This document shows positions 44,596 through 57,233 of a stretch of DNA of 64,000 nucleotides, in pieces (positions within the stretch are counted from its first letter, which is position 1; each line of letters opens with the position of its first letter). A model generated the notes under the pieces. The model searched no databases and had not been told where the DNA came from. It worked only from the letters and a program-made list of their open reading frames with translations. The position numbers and the translations under genes were made by a program. The DNA comes from Aquabacterium sp. (lineage in GTDB: Bacteria > Pseudomonadota > Gammaproteobacteria > Burkholderiales > Burkholderiaceae_C), in NCBI RefSeq assembly GCF_021768455.1, contig NZ_JAIZVX010000002.1:7765-71764 (forward strand). The letters are read 5' to 3'.

Positions 44596-44719
44596 CGCGG
44601 CTCCTTCTACCCATTCGTGCCCAGGTCAGCCGACGCAGGTTGCGCCCACACACCGACCAGGGTTCAAAAACCACGCAACCAAGCACCGCTGGGGCACCGT
44701 GTCACGCAATCTTCGCGGT

Positions 44720-44747
44720 ACATGGGGATGATTCTAGACGAGTCAAG
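44720..44747 (-). promoter_or_regulatory. Sigma-32 (RpoH) promoter for ftsH
   Basis: Minus strand CTTGAC-N14-CCCCATGT versus consensus CTTGAA-N13/14-CCCCATnT. Confidence 0.7.
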
Positions 44748-44849
44748 CCCCCCTCTGCAGGGCGCTATCCCCTCTGAAACCCCGGTTTTCCGCGGTTTCA
44801 AGACAGTGATCGGCAAATTCAATCACTTCAGACCGGCGTCGCCTTCGGG

Positions 44850-45524
44850 TCAGGCGCTTTTGAGGCCAATGCCCACCAGGAAAGTTTCGGCGGATTTGTC
44901 ACGCGAGGCCTTGGGCTTGATGGGTTTCACGACGCGGAAGTTCGCCTTGAACATCTCCACCAACTGGCTGTAGCCACTGCCATGGAAGACCTTGCACACC
45001 AGAGCGCCCTCTTTTTTGAGGTGCTGTTGGGAAAAATCGATGGCAAGTTCAATCAGGTGCTCGATGCGCGCGGCGTCGGAAATTTCGATGCCACTGAGGT
45101 TCGGGGCCATGTCGGAAATGACCACGTCAACCGGCCTGTCGCCCACCGCGCCCTGGAGCTGCTGCAACACGGCGTCCTCTCGAAAGTCGCCCTGGATGAA
45201 CTGCACACCTTCGATCGGCTCGAAGTCCAGCAAGTCGAGGGCGATGATGGTGCCGTTGAGTTCCCCAACCGCGGCGCCCCCCGTGCCCGCGTCCTTGGGG
45301 GCAAATTTGCGCCGCACGTACTGGCTCCAGGCCCCTGGTGAGGCGCCCAGGTCCACCACCAGTTGACCGGGTTTGATCAGGTGCAGGGCCTCGTCGATCT
45401 CCTTGAGCTTGTAGGCCGCCCGTGAACGAAAGCCTTCTTTTTGAGCCTGACGCACGTATGGATCGTGGATGTGCTCGTTCAACCAGGCTTTGTTGAGCTT
45501 TTTGCTTTTGGTTTTGACTTTCAT
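44850..45524 (-). CDS. rlmE: 23S rRNA U2552 2'-O-methyltransferase RlmE (FtsJ)
   Basis: [31 protein letters not shown]. Confidence 0.97.
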   Translation of the reverse strand: MKVKTKSKKLNKAWLNEHIHDPYVRQAQKEGFRSRAAYKLKEIDEALHLIKPGQLVVDLGASPGAWSQYVRRKFAPKDAGTGGAAVGELNGTIIALDLLDFEPIEGVQFIQGDFREDAVLQQLQGAVGDRPVDVVISDMAPNLSGIEISDAARIEHLIELAIDFSQQHLKKEGALVCKVFHGSGYSQLVEMFKANFRVVKPIKPKASRDKSAETFLVGIGLKSA

Positions 45525-45541
45525 GGCTCGATAATAGAGGG

Positions 45542-46009
45542 ATGCCTGCAATTCAATTGACAACAGCCGAGCGCCGCGCCTTCCGCGCCGATGCGCACCA
45601 CCTTGACCCCGTCGTGATGATCGGGGGTGACGGCCTGACGCCCGCCGTGATCAAGGAGACCGATTCTGCGCTCAAGGCCCACGGACTGATCAAGGTTCGT
45701 GTGCTGGGCGATGACCGCGCGGCCCGCGAAGCCATCTTCGCGCAGCTGTGTGAGGAGCTCAGTGCGGCGCCCATCCAGCACATCGGCAAGCTGCTGGTGC
45801 TGTGGCGCCCTCTGCCTGAGAAGGAAGCCGCCGAACCGCGCCAGGACCGTGGTGGTGGCCCGCGCGAGGTGAAGCTGCTGAAGTTTTCGAAGAGCGGCCT
45901 GCGCCGCCCTGAGGTGTTGAAGGTTCAGGTGATGGGCAACCAGCGCATCACGGCCGGCGGCCTGATCAAACGTGCGAAAAAACGCGTGACCAGCAAAAAG
46001 CCCGCCTGA
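45542..46009 (+). CDS. yhbY: YhbY/CRM-domain RNA-binding protein with a basic C-terminal extension
   Basis: [30 protein letters not shown]. Confidence 0.92.
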   Translation: MPAIQLTTAERRAFRADAHHLDPVVMIGGDGLTPAVIKETDSALKAHGLIKVRVLGDDRAAREAIFAQLCEELSAAPIQHIGKLLVLWRPLPEKEAAEPRQDRGGGPREVKLLKFSKSGLRRPEVLKVQVMGNQRITAGGLIKRAKKRVTSKKPA

Positions 46010-46042
46010 TCTGGCTCAGCCCCGCCTTCGCTTGAAGCCCAT

Positions 46043-46075
46043 GCCGCCCGTGCTGGAAAGCACCGGCGGTTTTTT
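46043..46075 (+). terminator. Intrinsic terminator after yhbY
   Basis: GCCGCC-CGTGCT-GGAA-AGCAC-CGGCGG followed by T6. Confidence 0.7.
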
Positions 46076-46087
46076 CTTGCCCAAGCC

Positions 46088-46549
46088 TCAGTCCTTGGCG
46101 CTGCGCGCGCCCGTGAGGCGCCAGGCGAGGGCCAACACCGAGAGGCCCTTGAGCCAGAACAGGCAGGCCGAAATGCCGTGCAAGGCCCCGAAAGACAGGC
46201 GCGTGGGCTCGCCAGCCTTGGCCGCTTCGATCATGGGGTGAAGCGCGAACTGGCCAAACACGGTCAAGAACAGCGCGCAAAGCACGAGCAACAGGTTGCC
46301 TGTCATCACCCGGGTCTGACCTTCGGCCTCAGCCAGGTCGCGCACGCGGCGACGCTCGATGAGGAAAATGACGATGGCCAGCGCAAGGCTGACCCTGGCC
46401 TCGATCGCGAAAATCCGGCCCGCCCCCTGCCCTGCCATGCTGCGCTCCAGCACGGCAAACAGGCTGGGAGCCGAAATGGCGCCCACACCCAGAATGAGGC
46501 CGGCCCAAAGACCAGCCAGCCAGCTTTGCAAACGCTGCAAGGTGTTCAT
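46088..46549 (-). CDS. DUF4149-family membrane protein
   Basis: Four hydrophobic segments, APSLF...AGRIF, FGALHGIS; usual position between greA and yhbY. Confidence 0.8.
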   Translation of the reverse strand: MNTLQRLQSWLAGLWAGLILGVGAISAPSLFAVLERSMAGQGAGRIFAIEARVSLALAIVIFLIERRRVRDLAEAEGQTRVMTGNLLLVLCALFLTVFGQFALHPMIEAAKAGEPTRLSFGALHGISACLFWLKGLSVLALAWRLTGARSAKD

Positions 46550-46563
46550 GGCGGGCGACTGAC

Positions 46564-47040
46564 TCAGATGTAACGAACTTCGATGATTTCGTAGTTGCGC
46601 ACGCCGCCCGGAGCCTGGACGGCCGCGATGTCGCCGGCTTCCTTGCCAATCATGGCGCGCGCAATCGGCGAGCCGATCGAGATCTTGCCTTGCTTGAGGT
46701 CGGCCTCGTCGTCGCCCACGATCTGGTAGGTCACGGCTTCGCCAGACTCTTCCTCTTCCAGGTCGACGGTGGCACCAAACACCACACGGCCTCCCGCATC
46801 GAGGCTGGCCGGGTCGATGACCTGGGCGGCAGACAGCTTGCCTTCGACCTCGTTGATGCGGCCTTCAATGAAGCCCTGCTTGTCCTTGGCGGCGTCGTAC
46901 TCTGCATTCTCAGACAGGTCGCCCTGGGCGCGCGCTTCGGCAATCGCCTGGACCACGGCCGGACGCTCGACGTGCTTGAGGCGGTGCAGCTCTTCCTTGA
47001 GCAATTCGGCGCCGCGCTTGGTGATGGGGATGGTCGACAT
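46564..47040 (-). CDS. greA: Transcription elongation factor GreA
   Basis: [33 protein letters not shown]. Confidence 0.97.
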   Translation of the reverse strand: MSTIPITKRGAELLKEELHRLKHVERPAVVQAIAEARAQGDLSENAEYDAAKDKQGFIEGRINEVEGKLSAAQVIDPASLDAGGRVVFGATVDLEEEESGEAVTYQIVGDDEADLKQGKISIGSPIARAMIGKEAGDIAAVQAPGGVRNYEIIEVRYI

Positions 47041-47206
47041 GGTTCGTCTCTCGTTGACGGGCCCTGCGTTCAAGGCCTCTCAAAATGAACGGAGCCGCGC
47101 CCTTCAAGCCACCTTGCGGTGCTGGCCGGGCGCGGCCCTCGTGGATCGCTTGTTCAGGCCCCAGGCGACAAGGCTTTCACCCTGTCGCCCGTGAGGCCTC
47201 TGCAGT

Positions 47207-50474
<3,268 letters not shown>

Positions 50475-50482
<8 letters not shown>

Positions 50483-51653
50483 TGTTCTTCTCCATCAGCG
50501 CGACAAAACGTTCAAACAGGTAGCTGATGTCATGCGGGCCTGGTGAGGCTTCCGGGTGACCCTGGAAGCAGAAAGCGGGCTTGTCGGTGCGGGCGAGACC
50601 CTGCAGCGTGCCGTCGAACAGCGAGATGTGCGTGGCACGCAGGTTGGCGGGCAGCGTTTTCTCGTCGACCGCAAAACCGTGGTTCTGGCTGGTGATGCTG
50701 ACGCGACCGGTGTCCAGATCCTTGACGGGGTGGTTGCCACCGTGGTGACCGAACTTCATCTTGAAGGTCTTGGCACCGGAGGCCAGGGCCATGATCTGGT
50801 GACCCAGGCAGATGCCGAAGGTCGGAATGCCGGTTTCGATCAGTTCCTTGGCGGCGGCAATCGCGTAATCGCAGGGCTCCGGGTCTCCAGGGCCGTTGGA
50901 GAGGAAAATGCCATCGGGCTTGAACTTCAGCACGTCGGCCGCGGGCGTCTTGGCAGGCACCACGGTGACCTTGCAACCGCGCTCGGCCAGCATGCGCAGG
51001 ATGTTGCGCTTGACCCCGAAGTCATACGCCACCACGTGGAATTTCGGGTTGGCGAGCGCACCAAACCCAGGCTTGCCGCCGAGTTCCGGGTTGTTCAGTT
51101 TCCACTCGGTCTCGGTCCACTCGGCCACGTCGCTGCGGGTCACGACCTGAGCCAGGTCCTGTCCGGCCATGCTGGGCGCTGCCTTGGCTTTGGCAATGGC
51201 GTCGGCGATGACGGCGTCGGTGATCGCTTCGCCCACGGGCAAGGCCACGATGGCGCCGTTTTGAGCACCCTTGGTGCGCAGCAGGCGGGTGAGCTTGCGG
51301 GTGTCGATGTTGGCGATGCCGACCGTGCCCTCGTCCTGCAGGTACTGCGACAGCGTGCGGGACTGGCGGAAGTTGGAAACGCGGATGGGCAGGTCTTTGA
51401 TGATCAGACCTGCGGCATGGACTTTCGAGGCTTCGACGTCGTCACCGTTGACACCATAGTTGCCGATGTGCGGATACGTCAGGGTGACGATCTGGCGGCT
51501 GTAGCTGGGGTCGGTGAGGATTTCCTGGTAGCCGGTGAGTGAGGTGTTGAACACCACTTCGCCGACTGTGTGACCGGCAGCGCCGATCGAAGTGCCTAGA
51601 AAGACCGTGCCGTCTGCGAGGGCCAGAAGAGCTTGGGGCAGTACGGGCAGCAC
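50475..51653 (-). CDS. carA: Carbamoyl-phosphate synthase small subunit
   Basis: [38 protein letters not shown]. Confidence 0.99.
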
Positions 51654-51843
51654 GGGTTCATTCTCCGTTTGTTATGCGCTCAGCATGCCTCGGAGGCGCC
51701 ACGCGCCGCCACGTGGGTGCTCGCTCCGCAGGGCGGAAGGGCGTTGGCACCATGTGGTAAGGGTGTGACAGAGCCGAGTCCTGTGAAGGAAACGGAGGCT
51801 TTTGCTGGGCTTGGGGTGGTTGCGGGTAAACCTTAGGAGTATA
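51654..51843 (-). ncRNA. Candidate structured carA 5' leader (cis-regulatory)
   Basis: -10 TATACT at 51838-51843; 8-bp long-range stem (51790-51797 with 51663-51670) covering the GGAG Shine-Dalgarno; internal hairpins. Confidence 0.45.
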
Positions 51844-51910
51844 ACTGATCCTGCCCCAACTCGGTCATCAACAGCGCGGCCCTCCGTGCCATGCACCACA
51901 AGGAAGCACC

Positions 51911-52387
51911 ATGAAAGGCGACCCCAAAGTCATCGAGTTCCTCAATGCGCAATTGAAGAACGAACTCACGGCCACCAACCAGTACTTTCTGCATTACCGC
52001 ATGCTGAAGCACTGGGGCTTCACCAAGCTGGCCAAGAAAGAATATGAAGAGTCGATCGGCGAGATGAAGCACGCCGACAAGCTGATGGAGCGGATCTTCA
52101 CGCTTGACGGCCTGCCCAACCTCCAGGACCTCGGCAAACTGCTGGTGGGTGAGGACGTGCCGGAAATCCTCAGCGGCGACCTGCAACTGGAAACGGCCGC
52201 GCAAGGCACGGTGAAGGACGGCATCGCCTATTGCGAGTCCGTTCGCGACTACGTGTCCCGCGATCTGCTGCAGATGATCCTGGACGACACCGAGGAGCAC
52301 ATCGACTTCCTAGAGACCCAGCTCGATCTGATCGACAAGGTCGGCCTGCAGAATTACCTGCAGTCGCAAATGGGCGACGCCAGCTGA
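51911..52387 (+). CDS. bfr: Bacterioferritin
   Basis: [22 protein letters not shown] (heme Met), DTEEHID ferroxidase residues. Confidence 0.98.
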   Translation: MKGDPKVIEFLNAQLKNELTATNQYFLHYRMLKHWGFTKLAKKEYEESIGEMKHADKLMERIFTLDGLPNLQDLGKLLVGEDVPEILSGDLQLETAAQGTVKDGIAYCESVRDYVSRDLLQMILDDTEEHIDFLETQLDLIDKVGLQNYLQSQMGDAS

Positions 52388-52460
52388 ACCCAGGGCCCGC
52401 CATCGCCTTGGCGGGCTCTCCGGCTGACCACCCTGAGCCAGTGGTTTCGCGCATCGCCTA

Positions 52461-52489
52461 TTGACTGCGAATCATTCCTATTTGAGAAT
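52461..52489 (+). promoter_or_regulatory. Sigma-70 promoter of bfd with an embedded Fur box
   Basis: TTGACT-N17-GAGAAT; the overlapping TGCGAATCATTCCTA resembles the 7-1-7 Fur box TGAGAATCATTCTCA. Confidence 0.7.
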
Positions 52490-52529
52490 GCATCCACGGC
52501 CCGATTCTCACCGGGCAGTTGGATGAACC

Positions 52530-52760
52530 ATGATCGTGTGTGTGTGCCGTCGCGTTTCGGATCGCGACATCAAACGCCAGGCCCAGGCGGGCTGCATCAG
52601 CTTTGATGACCTGCAGATGGAGACAGGTGTGGCAACTTGCTGTGGACGCTGCGGCGATTGCGCCCGCGACGTGTTCGCTCAGGCCCAAGCACATGGTGCC
52701 GTGGCGATGATCCATGGCCACCCCGCCCAAGGCAGTGCGTCGCTTGCCCTCCCTGCCTGA
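52530..52760 (+). CDS. bfd: Bacterioferritin-associated [2Fe-2S] ferredoxin
   Basis: MIVCVC...GVATCCGRC. Confidence 0.93.
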   Translation: MIVCVCRRVSDRDIKRQAQAGCISFDDLQMETGVATCCGRCGDCARDVFAQAQAHGAVAMIHGHPAQGSASLALPA

Positions 52761-52875
52761 ATCTGCCGAATCCGCCTGATCGCAGCGTCTTCCGCACGCC
52801 CGACTCAAGTCTGATTGCGCGACGCCGATACCCCCAGCAGGCCTGCGCTTCCCGCAGGTGCGCCTCGGGGGTGAG

Positions 52876-53415
52876 ATGGCTTCCTTTTTTTTCACACAAG
52901 ATGAGTCCGCTCGCATCGACACCAAGAACGATGCGGACCCGACCCAACTGACGGTTCTCTCCGCGCGCCGTGTCGGCCACGTTCGACTGCTGCCGTCTGC
53001 ACCGGTCACTGCCACCGCCGACTCGCCACCGCGCCGAGCCGAAGCAGCCCCCCCTAGCCTCTTTCGCCGTGCCCGCCCGGCCTGGATGAATGCCTTCCGT
53101 GGCTTCTGGTGCTGGTTGTGGGACATGGACGAGGCACCCGCCCCCGCTGCCATCCACGGCGGCCTGGGCAAGGTCAAGGCTGAATTCCACGCAGCCATGT
53201 GGGATCTCCAGTCCTTGCAGGCCAACGAGGTGCGTGACCACGTCGAGCACGCCCGCTCCCTGCGAGAACTGTGGCACCTTCGCGCCCAGGTCTTCAAGGT
53301 CATTTCCGTGCACCGCGGACAAATGGAGGCGCAGGTTCGCCTCGACGGGCTGGATGCCCATTTCCCGGTCAAATCCTCCCGCAAACCGGACACGGGCCGC
53401 AGCTCACGCTGGTGA
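52876..53415 (+). CDS. Hypothetical protein with a helical C-terminal domain (RSLRELWHLR...QMEAQVRL)
   Basis: Fills the gap between bfd and the dehydrogenase; codon bias typical of this genome in the 3' half; start uncertain (52876 or 53086). Confidence 0.65.
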   Translation: MASFFFTQDESARIDTKNDADPTQLTVLSARRVGHVRLLPSAPVTATADSPPRRAEAAPPSLFRRARPAWMNAFRGFWCWLWDMDEAPAPAAIHGGLGKVKAEFHAAMWDLQSLQANEVRDHVEHARSLRELWHLRAQVFKVISVHRGQMEAQVRLDGLDAHFPVKSSRKPDTGRSSRW

Positions 53416-53517
53416 GCACGACGGGGACTTCTTGCATCGCATTGACGCTTTGTGACCCCTTGCGACAGCGGGGGCCGCAAGGCATAGCAGAATGGGGGCT
53501 GAACCGCACAAAGCCCC

Positions 53518-54525
53518 ATGAACATCATCATTCTGGACGACTACCAAGACGCCGTCCGCAAGCTCCATTGCGCGTCCAAACTGGACGGGCTGTCTGCCAA
53601 GGTCTTCACCAACACGGTCAAGGGCATCGGCCAGCTCTCGGTGCGCCTGCGTGACGCCGAAGCCCTGGTCCTGATCCGTGAGCGCACCCACTTTCCCAAG
53701 GCCCTGCTGGAAAAACTGCCCAAGCTGCGGCTGATTTGCCAGACCGGTCGGGTGGGGCCGCACATCGATGTCGAAGCCTGCACCCGGCTGGGCATTGCCG
53801 TGGCAGAAGGCGTGGGCTCGCCTGTGGCGCCGGCCGAACTGACCTGGGCACTGGTGATGGCAGCCATGCGCCGCCTGCCGCAGTACATCGGCAACCTGAA
53901 GCACGGAGCATGGCAGCAGTCCGGGCTGAAGTCGGCTTCGATGCCGACCAATTTCGGCCTGGGCATGGTGCTGCACGGCAAGACCCTGGGCATCTGGGGT
54001 TACGGGCGAATCGGGCAACAGGTGGCGCGTTACGGCAAGGCCTTCGGGATGCACGTGACGGTCTGGGGCAGCGAGGCTTCGCGCGAGCGGGCCCATGCCG
54101 ACGGGTGCATCCCCGCGCCCAGCCGCGAGGCGTTTTTCGAAGCCTGTGATGTGCTCAGCCTGCACATCCGCCATTCGCCCGAAACCCGGGGCATGATCGG
54201 CCCGGATGACCTCGCGCGCATGAAGCCCACAGCCCTCCTGGTCAACACATCGCGGGCCGAACTGATCCAGGACAACGCCCTGGTGACGGCCCTCAACCGG
54301 GGGCGGCCCGGCATGGCGGCCGTGGACGTGTTCGAGAGCGAACCCATCCTGCAAGGACACCCTCTGCTCCGCCTGGAGAATGCGGTCTGCACGCCCCACA
54401 TCGGCTATGTCGAGCAAGACAGCTATGAAACCTATTTCAGTGCAGCCTTCGACAACCTGCTGGGATTCATGGCGGGCGAGCCTCGCAACATCGTGAACCC
54501 TGACGCCCTGCGCGTTCACCGCTGA
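53518..54525 (+). CDS. D-isomer-specific 2-hydroxyacid dehydrogenase family protein
   Basis: ILDDYQ, IRERT, GIWGYGRIG, VNTSRA, DVFESEP, TPHIGY. Confidence 0.93.
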   Translation: MNIIILDDYQDAVRKLHCASKLDGLSAKVFTNTVKGIGQLSVRLRDAEALVLIRERTHFPKALLEKLPKLRLICQTGRVGPHIDVEACTRLGIAVAEGVGSPVAPAELTWALVMAAMRRLPQYIGNLKHGAWQQSGLKSASMPTNFGLGMVLHGKTLGIWGYGRIGQQVARYGKAFGMHVTVWGSEASRERAHADGCIPAPSREAFFEACDVLSLHIRHSPETRGMIGPDDLARMKPTALLVNTSRAELIQDNALVTALNRGRPGMAAVDVFESEPILQGHPLLRLENAVCTPHIGYVEQDSYETYFSAAFDNLLGFMAGEPRNIVNPDALRVHR

Positions 54526-54570
54526 CGAGCCCGCGCGGTGGAGTTGGAGCGAGCCCTGTCGCGACAGGGC

Positions 54571-55734
54571 ATGAACGCCATCAAATGGGCCTTGCTGGCC
54601 GGCAACTTCGTGATCGGTTGCGGCGTGATGGTGGTGGGCGGCACGCTGAACGACCTGGTGCGCGACCTTCGCATCACGGTGGTCGACGGCGGACACCTGA
54701 TCGCGATTGCCGCGGTGATGATGGGCGTGGGCGCGCCATTGCTGGCCGCAGCGGTGTCGCGCATGGACCGTCGGCGCCTGCTCAGCCTGACCATGCTCTG
54801 GTACGGACTGGGGCATGCCCTTTGCGCTGTGGCGCCCGATTACCACTGGCTGTGGCCACTGAGGGCACTCACGGTGCTGGGCGCCGCCGTCTTCACGCCG
54901 CAGGCGGCCGCCACCATGGGCTTTCTGAGCACGCCGGCACACCGAGGTCGCGCCATCGCTTTCGTGTTCATGGGGTGGTCGGTGGCCTCTGTGGCCGGCA
55001 TGCCCATTGCCGCCTGGGTGGGCGAACGCCTGGGTTGGCGCGTGGCCATGGGCATGGTGGCAGTGGGTGGGCTGCTGGCGGCCTGGCAGGTGCACCGGGC
55101 GCTTCCGCGCGGCATCCACCCCCCTGCGCTGTCGTGGCGATCGTGGGGCAAGGTGCTGCGCTCGCCGCTGTTGATGGCCGTGGTCTTTGTGACGGCCTGC
55201 CAGAGCGCCGGACAGTTCACTGTTCTGGCCTATGCGGCCCCTTACTACAAGCAGGTGTTCGGTGCCAGCCCGGAGCAGATCAGCCTGATGTTCGCCTGGT
55301 TCGGCTCTCTGGCCCTGGTCGGCAACATGGTGCTGGCGCGCCGGGTGGACAAGGTCGGTGCCGCACGCGCGGTGACCCTCACCTTGGGCCTGATGGCCCT
55401 GAGTTTGCTGTTGTGGCCGCTGGCCACCACCCTGCCCTGGCTCGCCATGGTCCTGCTGCCATGGGCCTTGAGTGGCTTTGCCACCAATTCGGGACAGCAG
55501 GCACGCCTGGGTGGGCTCTCACCCAAGCTCGCACCGGCCTTGATGGCCCTGAACACCTCGGCCATCTACATGGGGCATGCCGTAGGCGCCTCAGGCGGCG
55601 CCTGGGTGATCACGCACCACGACTATGGCAGCCTGCACTGGCTTGGCCTGGTGTGGATGGTGCTGGCACTGGGCCTGAGCACCTGGGCCGCCGCCGCGCA
55701 GCGGCGTGCCGACGCCGAGACCGTGCTCGGCTGA
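54571..55734 (+). CDS. MFS transporter (DHA1-like efflux)
   Basis: About 12 TM helices, motif A-like SRMDRRRLL, RGRAIA, NTSAIYMG. Confidence 0.88.
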   Translation: MNAIKWALLAGNFVIGCGVMVVGGTLNDLVRDLRITVVDGGHLIAIAAVMMGVGAPLLAAAVSRMDRRRLLSLTMLWYGLGHALCAVAPDYHWLWPLRALTVLGAAVFTPQAAATMGFLSTPAHRGRAIAFVFMGWSVASVAGMPIAAWVGERLGWRVAMGMVAVGGLLAAWQVHRALPRGIHPPALSWRSWGKVLRSPLLMAVVFVTACQSAGQFTVLAYAAPYYKQVFGASPEQISLMFAWFGSLALVGNMVLARRVDKVGAARAVTLTLGLMALSLLLWPLATTLPWLAMVLLPWALSGFATNSGQQARLGGLSPKLAPALMALNTSAIYMGHAVGASGGAWVITHHDYGSLHWLGLVWMVLALGLSTWAAAAQRRADAETVLG

Positions 55735-55741
55735 AAGCGCG

Positions 55742-56476
55742 TCAGAGTGAGCGCTGGCGACGTGCCTCGTACAGACAGACGCCACTGGCGACCGAGACGT
55801 TCAGGCTGGAGACGCCGCCCATCATGGGAATGCTGACCAGCTCATCGCAATGCTTGCGGGTGTTCTGGCGCATGCCATCGCCTTCGGCGCCCAAGACCAG
55901 GGCGGTGGCCACCTTGAAATCGGCTTCATAGAGGCCGCGCGGCGCGTCGTCTGAGGTGCCGATCACCCAGATGTCGCGCTCCTTCAGTTCGTTGAGCGTG
56001 CGCGCCAGGTTGGTGACCATGAAGTAAGGCACGGTTTCGGCGGCACCGGAGGCCACCTTGGCCACCGTGGCGTTCACGCCCACCGCGTGGTCCTTGGGGG
56101 CGATCACGGCGTGGGCGCCAGCGCCATCGGCCACGCGCAGGCAGGCGCCAAGGTTGTGCGGATCGGTGACGCCATCGAGCACCAGCAGCAGCGGCGGCTC
56201 GGCCAGACCGTCCAGCAGGTCATCGATGGAGCGCGCCTGGCTCAAGGCTTCGACGCGGGCCACGATGCCCTGGTGACGGTGGGTGCCCGCCATCTGCTGC
56301 AGGCGGGCGTCATCGCTGTCGATGACGCGCAAACCGGCTTCCTCGACCTTGGCGAGGAACTGCTTCATGCGCTGGTCGCGCCGGGTGGCGTCGACGTGCA
56401 GCTCGCGGATGGATTTGGGCGCGACCTTCAGTCGCACGGAGACGGCATGGAAGCCGAACAGGGGTTTCAGACTCAT
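55742..56476 (-). CDS. rlmB: 23S rRNA G2251 2'-O-methyltransferase RlmB
   Basis: [41 protein letters not shown]. Confidence 0.96.
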   Translation of the reverse strand: MSLKPLFGFHAVSVRLKVAPKSIRELHVDATRRDQRMKQFLAKVEEAGLRVIDSDDARLQQMAGTHRHQGIVARVEALSQARSIDDLLDGLAEPPLLLVLDGVTDPHNLGACLRVADGAGAHAVIAPKDHAVGVNATVAKVASGAAETVPYFMVTNLARTLNELKERDIWVIGTSDDAPRGLYEADFKVATALVLGAEGDGMRQNTRKHCDELVSIPMMGGVSSLNVSVASGVCLYEARRQRSL

Positions 56477-56518
56477 GGCGGCATCGTAACCGCTCGGCGC
56501 CCTGCCCTGCCGGATGAA

Positions 56519-57220
56519 TCAGCGCACCAGGCCGCCCGCGGCAATGCGCACGCTGTGCTGGCAGCGCGCCGCGATCTGGCTGTCGTGGGTGACCAGCACG
56601 AGGGTGGTGCCGATCTCGCGGTTGAGCTCGAACATCAGGTCCATCACCGCCTGACCGGTGGCGTGATCGAGGCTGCCGGTGGGCTCGTCGGCCATCAGGA
56701 TGTCAGGACGCATCACGAAGGCACGCGCCAGGGCGACCCGCTGCTGCTCGCCGCCCGACAGCAGGGCTGGGCGATGCTGCAAGCGCTCTCCGAGACCCAC
56801 GCGTTGCAACATGCCCGTCGCCAGAGCCCGGGCGTTGCGCTCCCCGCGCAACTCGAGGGGCAGCATCACGTTCTCCAGCGCCGAGAGGTGGGCGATGAGC
56901 TGGAAGTTCTGGAACACGAAGCCGACATGCCGCGCCCGATGTGCTGCGCGCTGGTCTTCGTTCAAGGCAAAGAGCTCGGTGCCGCAGAGTTCTACCCGTC
57001 CCGCCGTGGGCACGTCGAGGCCGGCCAGGAGCGACAGCAACGTGCTTTTGCCAGAGCCCGAGGCCCCAACGATGGCCAACGTGTCACCACGCGGCACGGA
57101 GAGCGAGATGTTGTGCAGAATCGTGAGCGCACCCGAGGAATCGGTGACGGTCTTGCCCAGGCCTTCGACCACGATGGCATCTGGGTGCGGTACGGATGGC
57201 ATGCTGGACTCGTGGGTCAT
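56519..57220 (-). CDS. ABC transporter ATP-binding protein (YbbA-like)
   Basis: GASGSGKST, LSGGEQQRVALARAF, ADEPTG, LVTHD; divergent from tesA. Start 57220 or 57202. Confidence 0.9.
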   Translation of the reverse strand: MTHESSMPSVPHPDAIVVEGLGKTVTDSSGALTILHNISLSVPRGDTLAIVGASGSGKSTLLSLLAGLDVPTAGRVELCGTELFALNEDQRAAHRARHVGFVFQNFQLIAHLSALENVMLPLELRGERNARALATGMLQRVGLGERLQHRPALLSGGEQQRVALARAFVMRPDILMADEPTGSLDHATGQAVMDLMFELNREIGTTLVLVTHDSQIAARCQHSVRIAAGGLVR

Positions 57221-57233
57221 GGACAAAGTGGTG

